A stretch of DNA of 64,000 bases, taken from NCBI RefSeq assembly GCF_054482595.1, contig NZ_CM137008.1; one strand, written 5' to 3'. The position numbers were made by a program, and so were the translations under genes. Shown here in pieces: positions 49,201 to 64,000 of the stretch. The notes under the pieces are model-generated. The model searched no databases. It was not told the DNA's origin and was given only the letters and a program-made list of their open reading frames with translations. Each line of letters begins with the position of its first letter. The first letter of the stretch is position 1.

Positions 49201-50334
49201 CTACATAGGCAATGTTTTCAACAATCCAAATGCCTCTTTCATCCGATCCTCACTGACCACAAAGGCGCGAAGCTGGTCAGCATCGTCAACGCCGCGCGCC
49301 ACCATTCCCTGGCGTTCGGTATTAATTTGCCAGCGTAAATCCTGACGCTGGGTTTCGCCTGCCAGATGCAGCGGTAATTCCGGCGTTTTGATTTTCACCA
49401 GCATCGCCGGTAGTTTCAGTGGCGTGTTATTGCCGAGAAGATTTTTTGCCAGCACCATCGCGCTAAGTTGAATCGGCTGGAGGAACGGCAATACCTGACC
49501 GTTAATTTCCGCGCAATCGCCCAGCGCGTAAATATCGGCATTACTGGTTTGCAGATAACTATCGACGCAAACGCCGCGATTAATCGTCAGCCCGGCGCGT
49601 CGTGCCAGGGCGGTTTCCGGGCGCAGTCCGGTGGCGGCAATTACCGCATCCACTTCGATACTGCGCTGGCGGTCCAGCGTTGCCAGAATGCCAGAATCTG
49701 TTTTTTCCAGCCCCTGCAACTGAGATTTCAACAACAGATGAACGCCCATCTCCGTCAACCGATGCTGCAAGCGGCTGCTTACTTCCGGTGGCATTAATGA
49801 CGCCAGAATACTGGCAGCGTTGTCGATTAGCGTGACCGCTTTGCCTGCACGACAAAAATCCATCGCCAGTTCGCTACCAATCAAACCACCGCCAACAATC
49901 AACACGCGTCGGGCATCCCGCAGTTGCGTTTCACAGGCGCGATACTCTTGCTGACTATTTAACGTCAGCATTAACTCACGCCCAGGCACAGGCGGGACAA
50001 AGGCACTGGCACCGGTTGCCAGTACTAGCTTGTCGTATTGCCACTGATTATTCTGGCTTTTCACCACACGGGCTTCGGCATCGATATCCGTCACCCAGGT
50101 TTGTGGAAACAGGTGCAGATTAAACTGCTCGGCAAATTCACCCGCCGTCTGGCGGGTAAGGTCATCGGCACGTTGCCCCTGACTGATAACATGGCTGAGG
50201 TCAGGTTTGTTGTACTCATCCATGCTGTCGGCGGCAATCAGGGTTAATGGAATAGTGGCGTCCTGTTTGCGAATATTTTTCACCAGTTGGCGGGCGGCGA
50301 AGCCCGAACCGATGATCACAATGCCGTTACTCAT
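49201..50334 (-). CDS. norW: NADH:flavorubredoxin reductase (377 aa)
   Basis: 377-aa FAD/NAD-binding ORF ([10 protein letters not shown]) downstream of norV. Confidence 0.93.
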   Translation of the reverse strand: MSNGIVIIGSGFAARQLVKNIRKQDATIPLTLIAADSMDEYNKPDLSHVISQGQRADDLTRQTAGEFAEQFNLHLFPQTWVTDIDAEARVVKSQNNQWQYDKLVLATGASAFVPPVPGRELMLTLNSQQEYRACETQLRDARRVLIVGGGLIGSELAMDFCRAGKAVTLIDNAASILASLMPPEVSSRLQHRLTEMGVHLLLKSQLQGLEKTDSGILATLDRQRSIEVDAVIAATGLRPETALARRAGLTINRGVCVDSYLQTSNADIYALGDCAEINGQVLPFLQPIQLSAMVLAKNLLGNNTPLKLPAMLVKIKTPELPLHLAGETQRQDLRWQINTERQGMVARGVDDADQLRAFVVSEDRMKEAFGLLKTLPM

Positions 50335-51770
50335 TTTGCCTCCGATGCCAGTTCTTCAAAGACGTCTTTGCCGAGGGAGCATTCCGGGCAGAGGAAGTTA
50401 TCCGGGACTTCACTCCACGGCGTTCCTGGCGCAACGTCCTGCATTGGCTCGCCTTTTGCCGGATCGTAAATCCACTGGCAGACGCTGCACTGCATCCGTG
50501 GGCCGAGGTCAGCCGTCGTGGTGGCAGAGGTTTCTTCTTTAACCACCGTATTCACCGTGCTCTGCGGCAGCGGCGCGAGCGCCCACTGACGGGCGATTTC
50601 GCGACCGTGTTCACGACATAACTCCAGAGCGTCCTGGTCTGGTCGCCATTTGGCTTTCAGGCTAAGCGACATTTCGAAACCCGCATCCTGCAGGCGCGTG
50701 GAAAGACGATCCACCGCACCGCCGCTCCAGCCGTGAGAGCCGAAAGCACTGGCGCGTTTGTTACGGAAGCGTAAACCAGTCATCTCCTCCACCAGCCCGG
50801 CGATTTTCGGCATCATCACGTTATTCATCGTCGAAGTGCCGACCAGCACGCCTTTTGAGCGGAAGACATTGGTCAGGATTTCGTTTTTATCGCTTCGGGC
50901 GACGTTGAAAATTTTCACCGCCACGCGTGGGTCGGTTTCCGCAATCCCCTGGGCGATAGCGTCAGCCATCATGCGGGTGTTATTCGACATGGTGTCGTAG
51001 AAAATGGTGATTCTGTCTTCCTGATAATCAGCGGCCCACTTCAGGTACAGCTCGACAATTTGCGTCGGGTTATCGCGCCAGACCACGCCGTGGGAGGTCG
51101 CTATCATATCGACTGGTAAGTTAAAGCCCAGGATCTCGGTAATTTTCGGCGTTACCAGGCGGCTGAACGGCGTCAGGATATTGGCGTAGTAACGCTGGCA
51201 CTGCTCGAAAAGCTCCGTCTGATCCACTTCATCGTTGAACAGATGCTCGTCGCAGTAGTGCTGACCGAAAGCATCGTTACTGAACAGCACCGCGTCGCCT
51301 GTCAGGTAAGTCATCATGCTGTCCGGCCAGTGCAGCATTGGTGTTTCGACAAAAATGAGCTGTTTGCCGTTGCCGATATCCAGCGTGTCGCCAGTTTTCA
51401 CCACATTAAAATTCCACTCCGGATGATGGTGATGACCATTTATCGAGTCGATAGCGTTGGCAGTACAGTAGATCGGCGTATCGGGAATTTGCGCCATCAG
51501 TTCGGTCAGCGCCCCAGCGTGGTCCTCTTCTGCATGGTTAATCACGATGTAATCGATATCCGCCAGATCGATTTCATTACGCAGGTTCTGCACAAATTCG
51601 CGGCTGAATTTATGGTCGACGGTGTCGATCAGCACGTTTTTTTCTTCGCGGATGAGGTAGCTGTTGTAGCTGCTGCCGCGCAGCGTTTTATATTCCGTGC
51701 CGTGAAAATCACGCACTTCCCAGTCACGTTGACCCACCCAATGAATGTTATTTTTCACCACAATAGACAT
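50331..51770 (-). CDS. norV: Anaerobic nitric oxide reductase flavorubredoxin (479 aa)
   Basis: Metallo-beta-lactamase plus flavodoxin domains and C-terminal rubredoxin CxxC...CPEC. Confidence 0.95.
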   Translation of the reverse strand: MSIVVKNNIHWVGQRDWEVRDFHGTEYKTLRGSSYNSYLIREEKNVLIDTVDHKFSREFVQNLRNEIDLADIDYIVINHAEEDHAGALTELMAQIPDTPIYCTANAIDSINGHHHHPEWNFNVVKTGDTLDIGNGKQLIFVETPMLHWPDSMMTYLTGDAVLFSNDAFGQHYCDEHLFNDEVDQTELFEQCQRYYANILTPFSRLVTPKITEILGFNLPVDMIATSHGVVWRDNPTQIVELYLKWAADYQEDRITIFYDTMSNNTRMMADAIAQGIAETDPRVAVKIFNVARSDKNEILTNVFRSKGVLVGTSTMNNVMMPKIAGLVEEMTGLRFRNKRASAFGSHGWSGGAVDRLSTRLQDAGFEMSLSLKAKWRPDQDALELCREHGREIARQWALAPLPQSTVNTVVKEETSATTTADLGPRMQCSVCQWIYDPAKGEPMQDVAPGTPWSEVPDNFLCPECSLGKDVFEELASEAK

Positions 51771-51817
51771 AGCAACCTCAATTTATTCAGCGTGTTCTAA
51801 AAAGATGTCTTGCTAAT

Positions 51818-51833
51818 TGCAGATTGCGTGCCA
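51818..51833 (-). promoter_or_regulatory. Candidate sigma54 promoter of norVW
   Basis: Reverse complement reads TGGCACGCAATCTGCA (TGGCAC-N5-CTGCA). Confidence 0.65.
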
Positions 51834-51888
51834 GTTTTTTATCTGATTGTTTTTACTCTATAAATAAAATTATGCTCATTAATGAGTA

Positions 51889-51944
51889 GTCAAAATGACT
51901 ATCAATCAAATGGTCAATATGACAATATCTATAGTCAAATTGAC
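51889..51944. promoter_or_regulatory. Three NorR enhancer sites (GTCA-N3-TGAC) in the norV-norR intergenic region
   Basis: GTCAAAATGAC at 51889-51899, GTCAATATGAC at 51913-51923, GTCAAATTGAC at 51934-51944. Confidence 0.8.
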
Positions 51945-51956
51945 AGTGAGGCAAAG

Positions 51957-53471
51957 ATGAGTTTTTCCGTTGATGTGCTGGCGAATATCGCCATCGAATT
52001 GCAGCGTGGGATTGGTCATCAGGATCGTTTTCAGCGCCTGATCACCACGCTACGTCAGGTGCTGGAGTGCGATGCGTCTGCGTTGCTACGTTACGATTCG
52101 CGGCAGTTTATTCCGCTTGCCATCGACGGTCTGGCAAAGGATGTACTCGGTAGACGCTTTGCGCTGGAAGGGCATCCACGCCTGGAAGCGATTGCCCGCG
52201 CCGGGGATGTGGTGCGCTTTCCCGCAGACAGCGAATTGCCCGATCCCTATGACGGTTTGATTCCTGGGCAGGAGAGTCTGAAGGTTCACGCCTGCGTTGG
52301 TCTGCCATTGTTTGCCGGGCAAAACCTGATCGGCGCACTGACGCTCGACGGGATGCAGCCCGATCAGTTCGATGTTTTCAGCGACGAAGAGCTACGGCTG
52401 ATTGCTGCGCTGGCGGCGGGAGCGTTAAGCAATGCGTTGCTGATTGAACAACTGGAAAGCCAGAATATGATGCCAGGCGATGCCACGCCGTTTGAAGCGG
52501 TGAAACAGACGCAGATGATTGGCTTGTCCCCTGGCATGACGCAACTGAAAAAAGAGATTGAGATTGTGGCGGCGTCCGATCTCAACGTCCTGATCAGCGG
52601 TGAGACGGGAACCGGTAAGGAGCTGGTGGCGAAAGCGATTCATGAAGCCTCGCCACGGGCGGTGAATCCGCTGGTCTATCTCAACTGTGCCGCACTGCCG
52701 GAAAGTGTGGCGGAAAGTGAACTGTTCGGGCATGTGAAAGGAGCGTTTACTGGCGCAATCAGTAACCGCAGCGGGAAGTTTGAAATGGCGGATAACGGCA
52801 CTCTGTTTCTGGATGAGATCGGCGAGTTGTCGTTGGCATTGCAGGCCAAGCTGCTGAGGGTGTTGCAGTATGGCGATATTCAGCGCGTTGGCGATGACCG
52901 CAGTTTGCGGGTCGATGTGCGCGTGCTGGCGGCGACTAACCGCGACTTACGCGAAGAGGTGCTGGCAGGGCGATTTCGCGCTGACTTGTTTCATCGCCTG
53001 AGCGTGTTTCCACTTTCGGTGCCGCCGCTGCGTGAGCGGGGCGATGATGTCATTCTGCTGGCGGGGTATTTCTGCGAGCAGTGTCGTTTGCGGCTGGGGC
53101 TCTCCCGCGTGGTATTAAGTGCCGGAGCGCGAAATTTACTGCAACACTATCGTTTTCCGGGGAACGTGCGCGAACTGGAACATGCTATTCATCGGGCGGT
53201 AGTGCTGTCGAGAGCCACCCGCAACGGCGATGAAGTGATTCTTGAGGCGCAACATTTTGCTTTTCCTGAGGTGACGTTGCCGACGCCAGAAGTGGCGGCG
53301 GTGCCCGTTGTTAAGCAAAACCTGCGTGAAGCGACAGAAGCGTTCCAGCGTGAAACTATTCGTCAGGCGCTGGCACAAAATCATCACAACTGGGCTGCCT
53401 GCGCGCGGATGCTGGAAACCGACGTCGCCAACCTGCATCGGCTGGCGAAACGTCTGGGAATGAAGGATTAA
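51957..53471 (+). CDS. norR: Anaerobic nitric oxide reductase transcriptional regulator, sigma54-dependent (504 aa from MSFSVDVL)
   Basis: GAF domain, AAA+ domain ([14 protein letters not shown]), C-terminal HTH. Confidence 0.95.
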   Translation: MSFSVDVLANIAIELQRGIGHQDRFQRLITTLRQVLECDASALLRYDSRQFIPLAIDGLAKDVLGRRFALEGHPRLEAIARAGDVVRFPADSELPDPYDGLIPGQESLKVHACVGLPLFAGQNLIGALTLDGMQPDQFDVFSDEELRLIAALAAGALSNALLIEQLESQNMMPGDATPFEAVKQTQMIGLSPGMTQLKKEIEIVAASDLNVLISGETGTGKELVAKAIHEASPRAVNPLVYLNCAALPESVAESELFGHVKGAFTGAISNRSGKFEMADNGTLFLDEIGELSLALQAKLLRVLQYGDIQRVGDDRSLRVDVRVLAATNRDLREEVLAGRFRADLFHRLSVFPLSVPPLRERGDDVILLAGYFCEQCRLRLGLSRVVLSAGARNLLQHYRFPGNVRELEHAIHRAVVLSRATRNGDEVILEAQHFAFPEVTLPTPEVAAVPVVKQNLREATEAFQRETIRQALAQNHHNWAACARMLETDVANLHRLAKRLGMKD

Positions 53472-54433
53472 ATAATCCCGGCCTGATAGAAATCCTGCAG
53501 GTTAATTGCGCCGGTGAGTTTGCCGTTTTCATCTACCACCGGTGCGGCAGTGATTTTGCGCTTCATCAGGATCTCTTTGGCGTCGATGGCGCGACTTTGT
53601 GCCTGTAATGTGGTGCCGCCTGTCGTCATCGCTTCATTGACTGGCGTGGTGAGTGCGCCGCCGCCAACCAGCCAGCGACGTAAATCGCCGTCGGTAAAGA
53701 CGCCTTGTACCTGTTGTTGAGCGTCACATACCGCCACCAGCCCCAGACCGGTGCGGCTGAGTTCCAGCATCGCATCCATCACGCTGGCGGTTAACGCCAC
53801 CTGTGGGATGGCATCGTCACGGCGCATCAGATGATGCACTTTATTCAGCAAGCGAGCGCCCAGTGCTCCAGCAGGGTGGGAGCGGGCAAAATCTTCTTCA
53901 TTAAATCCGCGCGCCTGCATGACTGCCATCGCCAGCGCGTCACCCATCATCAGGGTATTGACGGTGCTGGAGGTCGGCGCAAGGTGCATCGGGCAGGCTT
54001 CGCGTTCTACGGAGATATCCAGCACCGCTTTCGCCGCCAGGCCCAGCGGTGACGTCGGTTTGCCGGTCATCGCCAGCAGCGCGATAGATTTGTCTTCCAG
54101 ACGCGGAATAATCAGATCCAGTTCCTTCGCCCCACCGGAGTAAGAGATAAACAGCATCACATCGCGGCTTTCGATCATCCCCAGATCGCCGTGCAGCGCT
54201 TCTGCCGGATGGACAAAAAAAGCCGGTGTGCCGGTACTGGCAAGCGTTGCGGCGATTTTCTTACCAATGTGGCCCGATTTGCCAATTCCCGAAACCACCA
54301 CTTTGCCTTCGCAGTGCAGGATGATATTGGCGGCGCGAACAAAATCATCGCCCAGACGTTCCGGTAAACGGCTTGCTTCCTGCAATTCCAGCATTAACGT
54401 CTGACGTCCCGCGTTCAGTAGTGCTTCACTCAT
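53468..54433 (-). CDS. gutQ: D-arabinose 5-phosphate isomerase (321 aa)
   Basis: SIS domain plus tandem CBS domains. Confidence 0.92.
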   Translation of the reverse strand: MSEALLNAGRQTLMLELQEASRLPERLGDDFVRAANIILHCEGKVVVSGIGKSGHIGKKIAATLASTGTPAFFVHPAEALHGDLGMIESRDVMLFISYSGGAKELDLIIPRLEDKSIALLAMTGKPTSPLGLAAKAVLDISVEREACPMHLAPTSSTVNTLMMGDALAMAVMQARGFNEEDFARSHPAGALGARLLNKVHHLMRRDDAIPQVALTASVMDAMLELSRTGLGLVAVCDAQQQVQGVFTDGDLRRWLVGGGALTTPVNEAMTTGGTTLQAQSRAIDAKEILMKRKITAAPVVDENGKLTGAINLQDFYQAGII

Positions 54434-55199
54434 TGCTCTCTCCGGTTATGATCACATCGATCCCTTTCTCTTCCAGCGCCTGACGAAACGCCGGATCGAT
54501 ATCTGCGTCGGTAATCAGCTTATCGACGCTTTCAAGACTGCAAACTACGTTGGGGCTTTTACGGCCAAACTTTGATGAGTCCGCCATCAAAATCACTTCG
54601 CGCGCGGCATTGCACATTGCCTTACTGACGGTATAGACCTCGTTGAAGGTGGTTACGCCCGCATTGAGATCGATGCCGTCAGTACCCATGAATAATTTGT
54701 CGAAGGTGAAATGCTCGAAGGCATTCTCTGCCAGCTGCCCGTGAAATGAGGCCGATTTTTTACGAAACGTTCCGCCTGGCATCAGGATAGTTTGTTCGTT
54801 ATCCAGTTCGGATAGCGCATTGACGATATGCAGGCTGTTGGTCATCACCGTGATGTTATTAAAGCGCGAGAGCAGAGGCACCATCTGCAAAACGGTGCTG
54901 CCAGCATCAAGAATGATCGAATCGCCATCATGAATAAAACCAACGGCAGCTTCTGCTATCAGCTCTTTCTTGTGGGTGTTGATGAGTGTTTTATGATCGA
55001 TAGGCGGATCGGATTCCTCTTTATTCAACACCACTCCGCCATAAGTACGAATGACGGTTCCGGCATGTTCCAGAATGACCAGATCTTTGCGAATGGTTGT
55101 GCCTGTGGTGTCAAAGTATTGCGCCAATTCTTCAACCGAGCATTTACCCTGCTTTTGCAGATACTCCAGAATGGCGGCCTGACGCTGACGAGGTTTCAT
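54426..55199 (-). CDS. srlR: DeoR-family glucitol operon repressor (257 aa)
   Basis: 257-aa ORF with N-terminal HTH, synteny. Confidence 0.92.
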   Translation of the reverse strand: MKPRQRQAAILEYLQKQGKCSVEELAQYFDTTGTTIRKDLVILEHAGTVIRTYGGVVLNKEESDPPIDHKTLINTHKKELIAEAAVGFIHDGDSIILDAGSTVLQMVPLLSRFNNITVMTNSLHIVNALSELDNEQTILMPGGTFRKKSASFHGQLAENAFEHFTFDKLFMGTDGIDLNAGVTTFNEVYTVSKAMCNAAREVILMADSSKFGRKSPNVVCSLESVDKLITDADIDPAFRQALEEKGIDVIITGESNE

Positions 55200-55265
55200 G
55201 GGCGTGATTACCTGATTTAGGTTTCAAAATGATAACTTCGCAAGCAAGTAACATTCACAACGAAA

Positions 55266-55625
55266 TTATCCACGTTTCAGTTTAAGCGCCAATGATAGAG
55301 CATTCTGTGATAGTGGATCATGGGGAAAGATCACATCGGGCTGTAAATCACCCGCATGCATGCCGGTAATTGCGGGAATTTTTTGCGGTCGGGCGAAGAC
55401 GGTCAGTCCTTTCATAAACAAGGTGTCGGCGATGCGCTGCTGATCGTCCAGGGCGATGGCGACCACGACCCGCGGTTTAAAGCGCTCGCTGGAACGGCCC
55501 ACGCCAACCCGCCCTTGCTGGCATAGTGTGTCGAAGGCACGGTTAAAACGAGAAATTTGCCAGCCGCCTAAGGCCAGTTGCGCACACCAGGCGATAACGG
55601 CGACAGTGATGAGTGCGGATACCAT
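55266..55625 (-). CDS. gutM: Glucitol operon activator (119 aa)
   Basis: 119-aa ORF between srlD and srlR. Confidence 0.88.
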   Translation of the reverse strand: MVSALITVAVIAWCAQLALGGWQISRFNRAFDTLCQQGRVGVGRSSERFKPRVVVAIALDDQQRIADTLFMKGLTVFARPQKIPAITGMHAGDLQPDVIFPHDPLSQNALSLALKLKRG

Positions 55626-55655
55626 AACTTTTCCTTAATGTAGTGGCGGAAGTCC

Positions 55656-55686
55656 TGTAGGCCTGATGAGCGTAGCGCATCAGGCA
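55656..55686. repeat. REP element between srlD and gutM, followed by a 9-bp-stem hairpin at 55700-55722
   Basis: TGTAGGCCTGATGAGCGTAGCGCATCAGGCA; hairpin CGGAGATCC-TTAAC-GGATCTCCG. Confidence 0.75.
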
Positions 55687-55730
55687 TTCTATTAGTCTCA
55701 CGGAGATCCTTAACGGATCTCCGCTGTTAA

Positions 55731-56885
<1,155 letters not shown>

Positions 56886-56895
56886 GTTTCAGCCT

Positions 56896-58433
<1,538 letters not shown>

Positions 58434-58670
58434 TTATTGTTTTATTACCAAACGGCAACCTAATCTAATCAGATTGAAAGATTTAAAAGTGTTATTTTGA
58501 TCGCAAAATGAAAGATAAATATTTTAATTTGAAAGTTTGAGTAAAAGGATAGCGAGGAGAATGAGTTGAGTTATGTAAAGTCCGTATCGGGCAGTGACTA
58601 CCGCTTCCTTGTGCGGGGCGTGATGCTTTACCATACTTGCCCCTGGTTGAATCTGTTAAATGGACCCCTC

Positions 58671-59756
58671 ATGTTCAAGCGTCGTTATGTAACATTGCTT
58701 CCCCTTTTTGTGTTGCTTGCCGCCTGTAGCAGCAAGCCAAAACCTACTGAGACTGAAACGACCACCGGAACGCCGTCTGGCGGCTTCCTGCTTGAGCCGC
58801 AGCACAATGTGATGCAGATGGGCGGCGATTTCGCTAATAACCCGAATGCCCAGCAGTTCATCGACAAAATGGTGAACAAACACGGTTTCGATCGTCAGCA
58901 GTTGCAGGAAATTCTCTCCCAGGCGAAACGTCTGGATTCGGTACTGCGGCTGATGGATAACCAGGCACCAACGACATCGGTGAAACCGCCATCAGGTCCG
59001 AACGGCGCATGGCTGCGTTATCGCAAAAAATTTATTACGCCGGACAATGTACAGAACGGTGTGGTTTTCTGGAATCAGTATGAAGATGCGTTGAATCGCG
59101 CGTGGCAGGTGTATGGCGTACCGCCGGAAATTATCGTCGGGATTATCGGCGTTGAAACCCGCTGGGGGCGCGTGATGGGGAAAACTCGCATCCTCGATGC
59201 GCTGGCAACGCTGTCATTTAACTACCCACGCCGCGCGGAGTATTTCTCTGGCGAGCTGGAAACCTTCCTGTTGATGGCGCGCGACGAGCAGGACGATCCG
59301 CTCAATCTGAAAGGTTCCTTTGCCGGGGCGATGGGCTACGGACAGTTTATGCCGTCGTCTTACAAACAATATGCAGTGGATTTCAGCGGCGATGGGCATA
59401 TCAACCTGTGGGAGCCGGTTGATGCGATCGGTAGCGTGGCGAACTATTTCAAAGCGCACGGCTGGGTGAAAGGCGATCAGGTCGCGGTAATGGCAAACGG
59501 TCAGGCTCCAGGCTTGCCAAATGGCTTCAAAACCAAGTACAGCATTTCGCAGCTTGCCGCGGCAGGTTTAACGCCACAGCAGCCGCTGGGCAACCATCAA
59601 CAAGCCAGCCTGCTGCGTCTGGATGTCGGTACCGGTTACCAGTACTGGTACGGTATGCCGAACTTCTACACCATTACCCGTTATAACCACAGCACCCATT
59701 ACGCAATGGCGGTCTGGCAGTTAGGACAAGCCGTGGCGCTGGCGCGCGTGCAGTAA
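58671..59756 (+). CDS. mltB: Membrane-bound lytic murein transglycosylase B (361 aa from MFKRRYVTLL)
   Basis: Lipoprotein signal LLAACSS; the listed ORF 58566-59756 is an upstream extension. Confidence 0.92.
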   Translation: MFKRRYVTLLPLFVLLAACSSKPKPTETETTTGTPSGGFLLEPQHNVMQMGGDFANNPNAQQFIDKMVNKHGFDRQQLQEILSQAKRLDSVLRLMDNQAPTTSVKPPSGPNGAWLRYRKKFITPDNVQNGVVFWNQYEDALNRAWQVYGVPPEIIVGIIGVETRWGRVMGKTRILDALATLSFNYPRRAEYFSGELETFLLMARDEQDDPLNLKGSFAGAMGYGQFMPSSYKQYAVDFSGDGHINLWEPVDAIGSVANYFKAHGWVKGDQVAVMANGQAPGLPNGFKTKYSISQLAAAGLTPQQPLGNHQQASLLRLDVGTGYQYWYGMPNFYTITRYNHSTHYAMAVWQLGQAVALARVQ

Positions 59757-59900
59757 CTATTTGCAAGAGGGGGGCGTGAGCTTCCCTCTGGCTAATCAGC
59801 TTTTTTCTGAATCCTCCTCGTAAAATTGCAACGCCAACACCATCTTCCTGACGAAAGTGCTATCTTGTCCGGCATAAATTTTTGACTGACAGAGGTTGTG

Positions 59901-60398
59901 ATGACTGACAGTGAACTGATGCAGTTAAGCGAACAGGTTGGGCAGGCGCTGAAAGCCCGTGGCGCAACCGTAACAACTGCTGAGTCTTGTACCGGCGGTT
60001 GGGTAGCGAAAGTGATTACCGATATTGCCGGCAGTTCCGCCTGGTTTGAACGCGGATTTGTCACCTACAGTAACGAAGCGAAAGCGCAAATGATCGGCGT
60101 ACGCGAAGAGACGCTGGCGCAGCATGGCGCGGTGAGCGAACCCGTCGTGGTGGAAATGGCGATAGGCGCACTGAAAGCGGCTCGTGCTGATTACGCCGTG
60201 TCTATTAGTGGTATCGCCGGGCCGGATGGCGGCAGTGAAGAGAAGCCTGTCGGCACCGTCTGGTTTGCTTTTGCCACTGCCCGCGGTGAAGGCATTACCC
60301 GGCGGGAATGCTTCAGCGGCGACCGTGATGCGGTGCGTCGTCAGGCTACTGCGTATGCATTGCAGACCTTGTGGCAACAATTTCTACAAAACACTTGA
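59901..60398 (+). CDS. pncC: NMN amidohydrolase, CinA C-terminal-domain family (165 aa)
   Basis: MTDSELMQLSEQVGQALKARGATVTTAESCTGGW... Confidence 0.9.
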   Translation: MTDSELMQLSEQVGQALKARGATVTTAESCTGGWVAKVITDIAGSSAWFERGFVTYSNEAKAQMIGVREETLAQHGAVSEPVVVEMAIGALKAARADYAVSISGIAGPDGGSEEKPVGTVWFAFATARGEGITRRECFSGDRDAVRRQATAYALQTLWQQFLQNT

Positions 60399-61539
<1,141 letters not shown>

Positions 61540-61540
61540 T

Positions 61541-61730
61541 CGTTCGTTATTGATGATAATAGATAATGTGTGCACGGACGGTCCCCTCGCCCCTTTGGGG
61601 AGAGGGTTAGGGTGAGGGGAACAGGCCAGCACTGGCGTGAAAAATTACTCTCACCTCGATCCTCTAACGAATTGGGCCTGCGGGAACATTCTGCACACTC
61701 ATTGACTATTAAATCTGTTTATCAGCAAAA
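61541..61730. other. Extra ~190-bp segment between recA stop and the recA terminator, containing a GC-rich imperfect palindrome (61582-61620); possible small intergenic repeat or MITE-like insertion
   Basis: recA stop to recX ATG is 242 bp here versus ~70 bp as I recall for K-12; palindrome TCCCCTCGCCCC-TTT-GGGGAGAGGG then TTAGGGTGAGGGGA. Confidence 0.5.
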
Positions 61731-61733
61731 CCT

Positions 61734-61763
61734 GGGTCGCATCTGCGGCCCTTTTGCTTTTTT
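61734..61763 (+). terminator. Hairpin plus T-tract between recA and recX (recA terminator/attenuator)
   Basis: GGGTCGC-ATCT-GCGGCCC followed by TTTTGCTTTTTT. Confidence 0.8.
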
Positions 61764-61781
61764 AAGTTGTAAGGATATGCC

Positions 61782-62282
61782 ATGACAGAATCAACGTCCC
61801 GTCGCCCGGCATATGCTCGCCTGTTGGATCGTGCGGTACGCATTCTGGCGGTGCGCGATCACAGTGAGCAAGAACTGCGACGTAAACTCGCGGCACCGAT
61901 TATGGGCAAAAATGGCCCGGAAGAGATTGATGCCACGGAAGAAGATTACGAGCGCGTTATTGCCTGGTGCCATGAACATGGCTATCTCGATGACAGCCGA
62001 TTTGTTGCGCGCTTTATCGCCAGCCGTAGCCGCAAAGGTTATGGACCTGCGCGTATTCGCCAGGAACTGAATCAGAAAGGTATTTCCCGCGAAGCGACAG
62101 AAAAAGCGATGCGTGAATGTGACATCGACTGGTGCGCACTGGCGCGCGATCAGGCGACGCGAAAATATGGTGAACCTTTGTCAACTGTCTTTTCAGAAAA
62201 AGTTAAGATCCAGCGTTTTCTGCTCTATCGTGGCTATCTGATGGAAGATATCCAGGATATTTGGCGAAATTTTGCCGACTGA
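61782..62282 (+). CDS. recX: RecA regulator RecX (166 aa)
   Basis: 166-aa ORF directly downstream of recA. Confidence 0.93.
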   Translation: MTESTSRRPAYARLLDRAVRILAVRDHSEQELRRKLAAPIMGKNGPEEIDATEEDYERVIAWCHEHGYLDDSRFVARFIASRSRKGYGPARIRQELNQKGISREATEKAMRECDIDWCALARDQATRKYGEPLSTVFSEKVKIQRFLLYRGYLMEDIQDIWRNFAD

Positions 62283-62409
62283 ACGCATACGGTATTTTAC
62301 TTCCCAGTCAAGAAAACTTATCTTATTCCCACTTTTCAGTTACCAGCCCGGCGGTTAAGACACGCTGGAGCTGGTGGCGATATTTCGTTAGCTTGATTTC
62401 AGGATAATT

Positions 62410-64000
62410 ATGAGCAAGAGCACCGCTGAGATCCGTCAGGCGTTTCTCGACTTTTTCCATAGTAAGGGACATCAGGTAGTTGCCAGCAGCTCCCTGGTAC
62501 CCCATAACGACCCAACTTTGTTGTTTACCAACGCCGGGATGAACCAGTTCAAGGATGTGTTCCTTGGGCTCGACAAGCGTAATTATTCCCGCGCTACCAC
62601 TTCCCAACGCTGTGTGCGTGCGGGTGGTAAACACAACGACCTGGAAAACGTCGGTTACACCGCGCGTCACCATACCTTCTTCGAAATGCTGGGCAACTTC
62701 AGCTTCGGCGACTATTTCAAACACGATGCCATTCAGTTTGCATGGGAACTGCTGACCAGCGAAAAATGGTTTGCCCTGCCGAAAGAGCGTCTGTGGGTTA
62801 CCGTCTATGAAAGCGACGACGAAGCCTACGAAATCTGGGAAAAAGAAGTCGGGATCCCGCGCGAACGTATTATTCGCATCGGCGATAACAAAGGTGCGCC
62901 ATACGCATCTGACAACTTCTGGCAGATGGGTGACACTGGTCCGTGCGGCCCGTGCACCGAAATCTTCTACGATCACGGCGACCACATTTGGGGTGGCCCT
63001 CCGGGAAGTCCGGAAGAAGACGGCGACCGCTACATTGAGATCTGGAACATCGTCTTCATGCAGTTCAACCGCCAGGCCGATGGCACGATGGAACCGCTGC
63101 CGAAGCCGTCTGTAGATACCGGTATGGGTCTGGAGCGTATTGCTGCGGTGCTGCAACACGTTAACTCTAACTATGACATCGACCTGTTCCGCACGTTGAT
63201 CCAGGCGGTAGCGAAAGTCACTGGCGCGACCGATCTTAGCAATAAATCGCTGCGCGTAATCGCTGACCACATTCGTTCTTGTGCGTTCCTGATCGCGGAT
63301 GGCGTAATGCCGTCCAATGAAAACCGTGGTTATGTACTGCGTCGTATCATTCGTCGCGCAGTGCGTCACGGTAATATGCTCGGCGCGAAAGAAACCTTCT
63401 TCTACAAACTGGTTGGTCCGCTGATCGACGTTATGGGCTCTGCGGGTGAAGACCTGAAACGCCAGCAGGCGCAGGTTGAGCAGGTGCTGAAGACTGAAGA
63501 AGAGCAGTTTGCTCGTACTCTGGAGCGCGGTCTGGCGTTGCTGGATGAAGAGCTGGCAAAACTTTCTGGTGATACGCTGGATGGTGAAACTGCTTTCCGT
63601 CTGTACGACACCTATGGCTTCCCGGTTGACCTGACGGCTGATGTTTGTCGTGAGCGCAACATCAAAGTTGACGAAGCTGGTTTTGAAGCTGCAATGGAAG
63701 AGCAGCGTCGTCGCGCGCGCGAAGCCAGCGGCTTTGGTGCCGATTACAACGCAATGATCCGTGTTGACAGTGCATCTGAATTTAAAGGCTATGACCATCT
63801 GGAACTGAACGGCAAAGTGACCGCGCTGTTTGTTGATGGTAAAGCGGTTGATGCCATCAATGCAGGCCAGGAAGCTGTGGTCGTGCTGGATCAAACGCCA
63901 TTCTATGCGGAATCCGGCGGTCAGGTTGGTGATAAAGGCGAACTGAAAGGCGCTAACTTCTCCTTCGTGGTGGAAGATACGCAGAAATACGGCCAGGCGA
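62410..64000 (+). CDS. alaS: Alanine--tRNA ligase, 5' portion (runs off the window end)
   Basis: Open frame from ATG at 62410 translating [51 protein letters not shown]...; not in the ORF track because no stop occurs within the window. Confidence 0.93.
   Translation, partial: MSKSTAEIRQAFLDFFHSKGHQVVASSSLVPHNDPTLLFTNAGMNQFKDVFLGLDKRNYSRATTSQRCVRAGGKHNDLENVGYTARHHTFFEMLGNFSFGDYFKHDAIQFAWELLTSEKWFALPKERLWVTVYESDDEAYEIWEKEVGIPRERIIRIGDNKGAPYASDNFWQMGDTGPCGPCTEIFYDHGDHIWGGPPGSPEEDGDRYIEIWNIVFMQFNRQADGTMEPLPKPSVDTGMGLERIAAVLQHVNSNYDIDLFRTLIQAVAKVTGATDLSNKSLRVIADHIRSCAFLIADGVMPSNENRGYVLRRIIRRAVRHGNMLGAKETFFYKLVGPLIDVMGSAGEDLKRQQAQVEQVLKTEEEQFARTLERGLALLDEELAKLSGDTLDGETAFRLYDTYGFPVDLTADVCRERNIKVDEAGFEAAMEEQRRRAREASGFGADYNAMIRVDSASEFKGYDHLELNGKVTALFVDGKAVDAINAGQEAVVVLDQTPFYAESGGQVGDKGELKGANFSFVVEDTQKYGQA

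Noticed and set aside
61570-61785. 71-aa ORF in the recA-recX intergenic segment
   Set aside because: Spans the GC-rich palindrome and the recA terminator and ends inside the recX start region; more likely a structured non-coding element (reported as a finding) than a gene.
62323-63894. 523-aa minus-strand ORF at the window end
   Set aside because: The plus strand here encodes recognisable AlaS from the ATG at 62410 (absent from the ORF track only because it has no stop in the window); the minus-strand ORF is an antisense artefact.

Overview
This window is a contiguous stretch of Escherichia coli-type chromosome (reverse orientation relative to K-12 MG1655 numbering), running from cas3 to the 5' part of alaS. 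All gene identities below come from reading the supplied ORF translations and the sequence against remembered E. coli proteins; no database search was run. Content in order: a complete type I-E CRISPR-Cas locus (cas3, casABCDE, cas1, cas2, leader, 15-repeat array); iap; cysDNC; ygbE; ftsB; ispDF-truD-surE-pcm-nlpD-rpoS; a hosA-ecdBCD (UbiX/UbiD-like decarboxylase) cassette in the rpoS-mutS polymorphic site; pphB; mutS; ygbA; fhlA; hypEDCBA; hycABCDEFGHI; ascBF/ascG; hydN-hypF; norWV/norR; gutQ-srlR-gutM-srlDBEA; mltB; pncC; recA; recX; alaS (runs off the window). I found no multi-gene cluster that looks like an undescribed system: every ORF of credible size matches a known E. coli gene at the expected length. 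The points worth a second look are: (1) cas1 is split by a -1 frameshift, so the adaptation module is probably non-functional; (2) an extra ~190 bp with a GC-rich imperfect palindrome sits between recA and recX; (3) CRISPR repeat variants cluster toward the trailer end; (4) the rpoS-mutS site carries hosA-ecdBCD rather than the K-12 ygbI-N cassette. No IS element, integrase, tRNA or rRNA gene was recognised.
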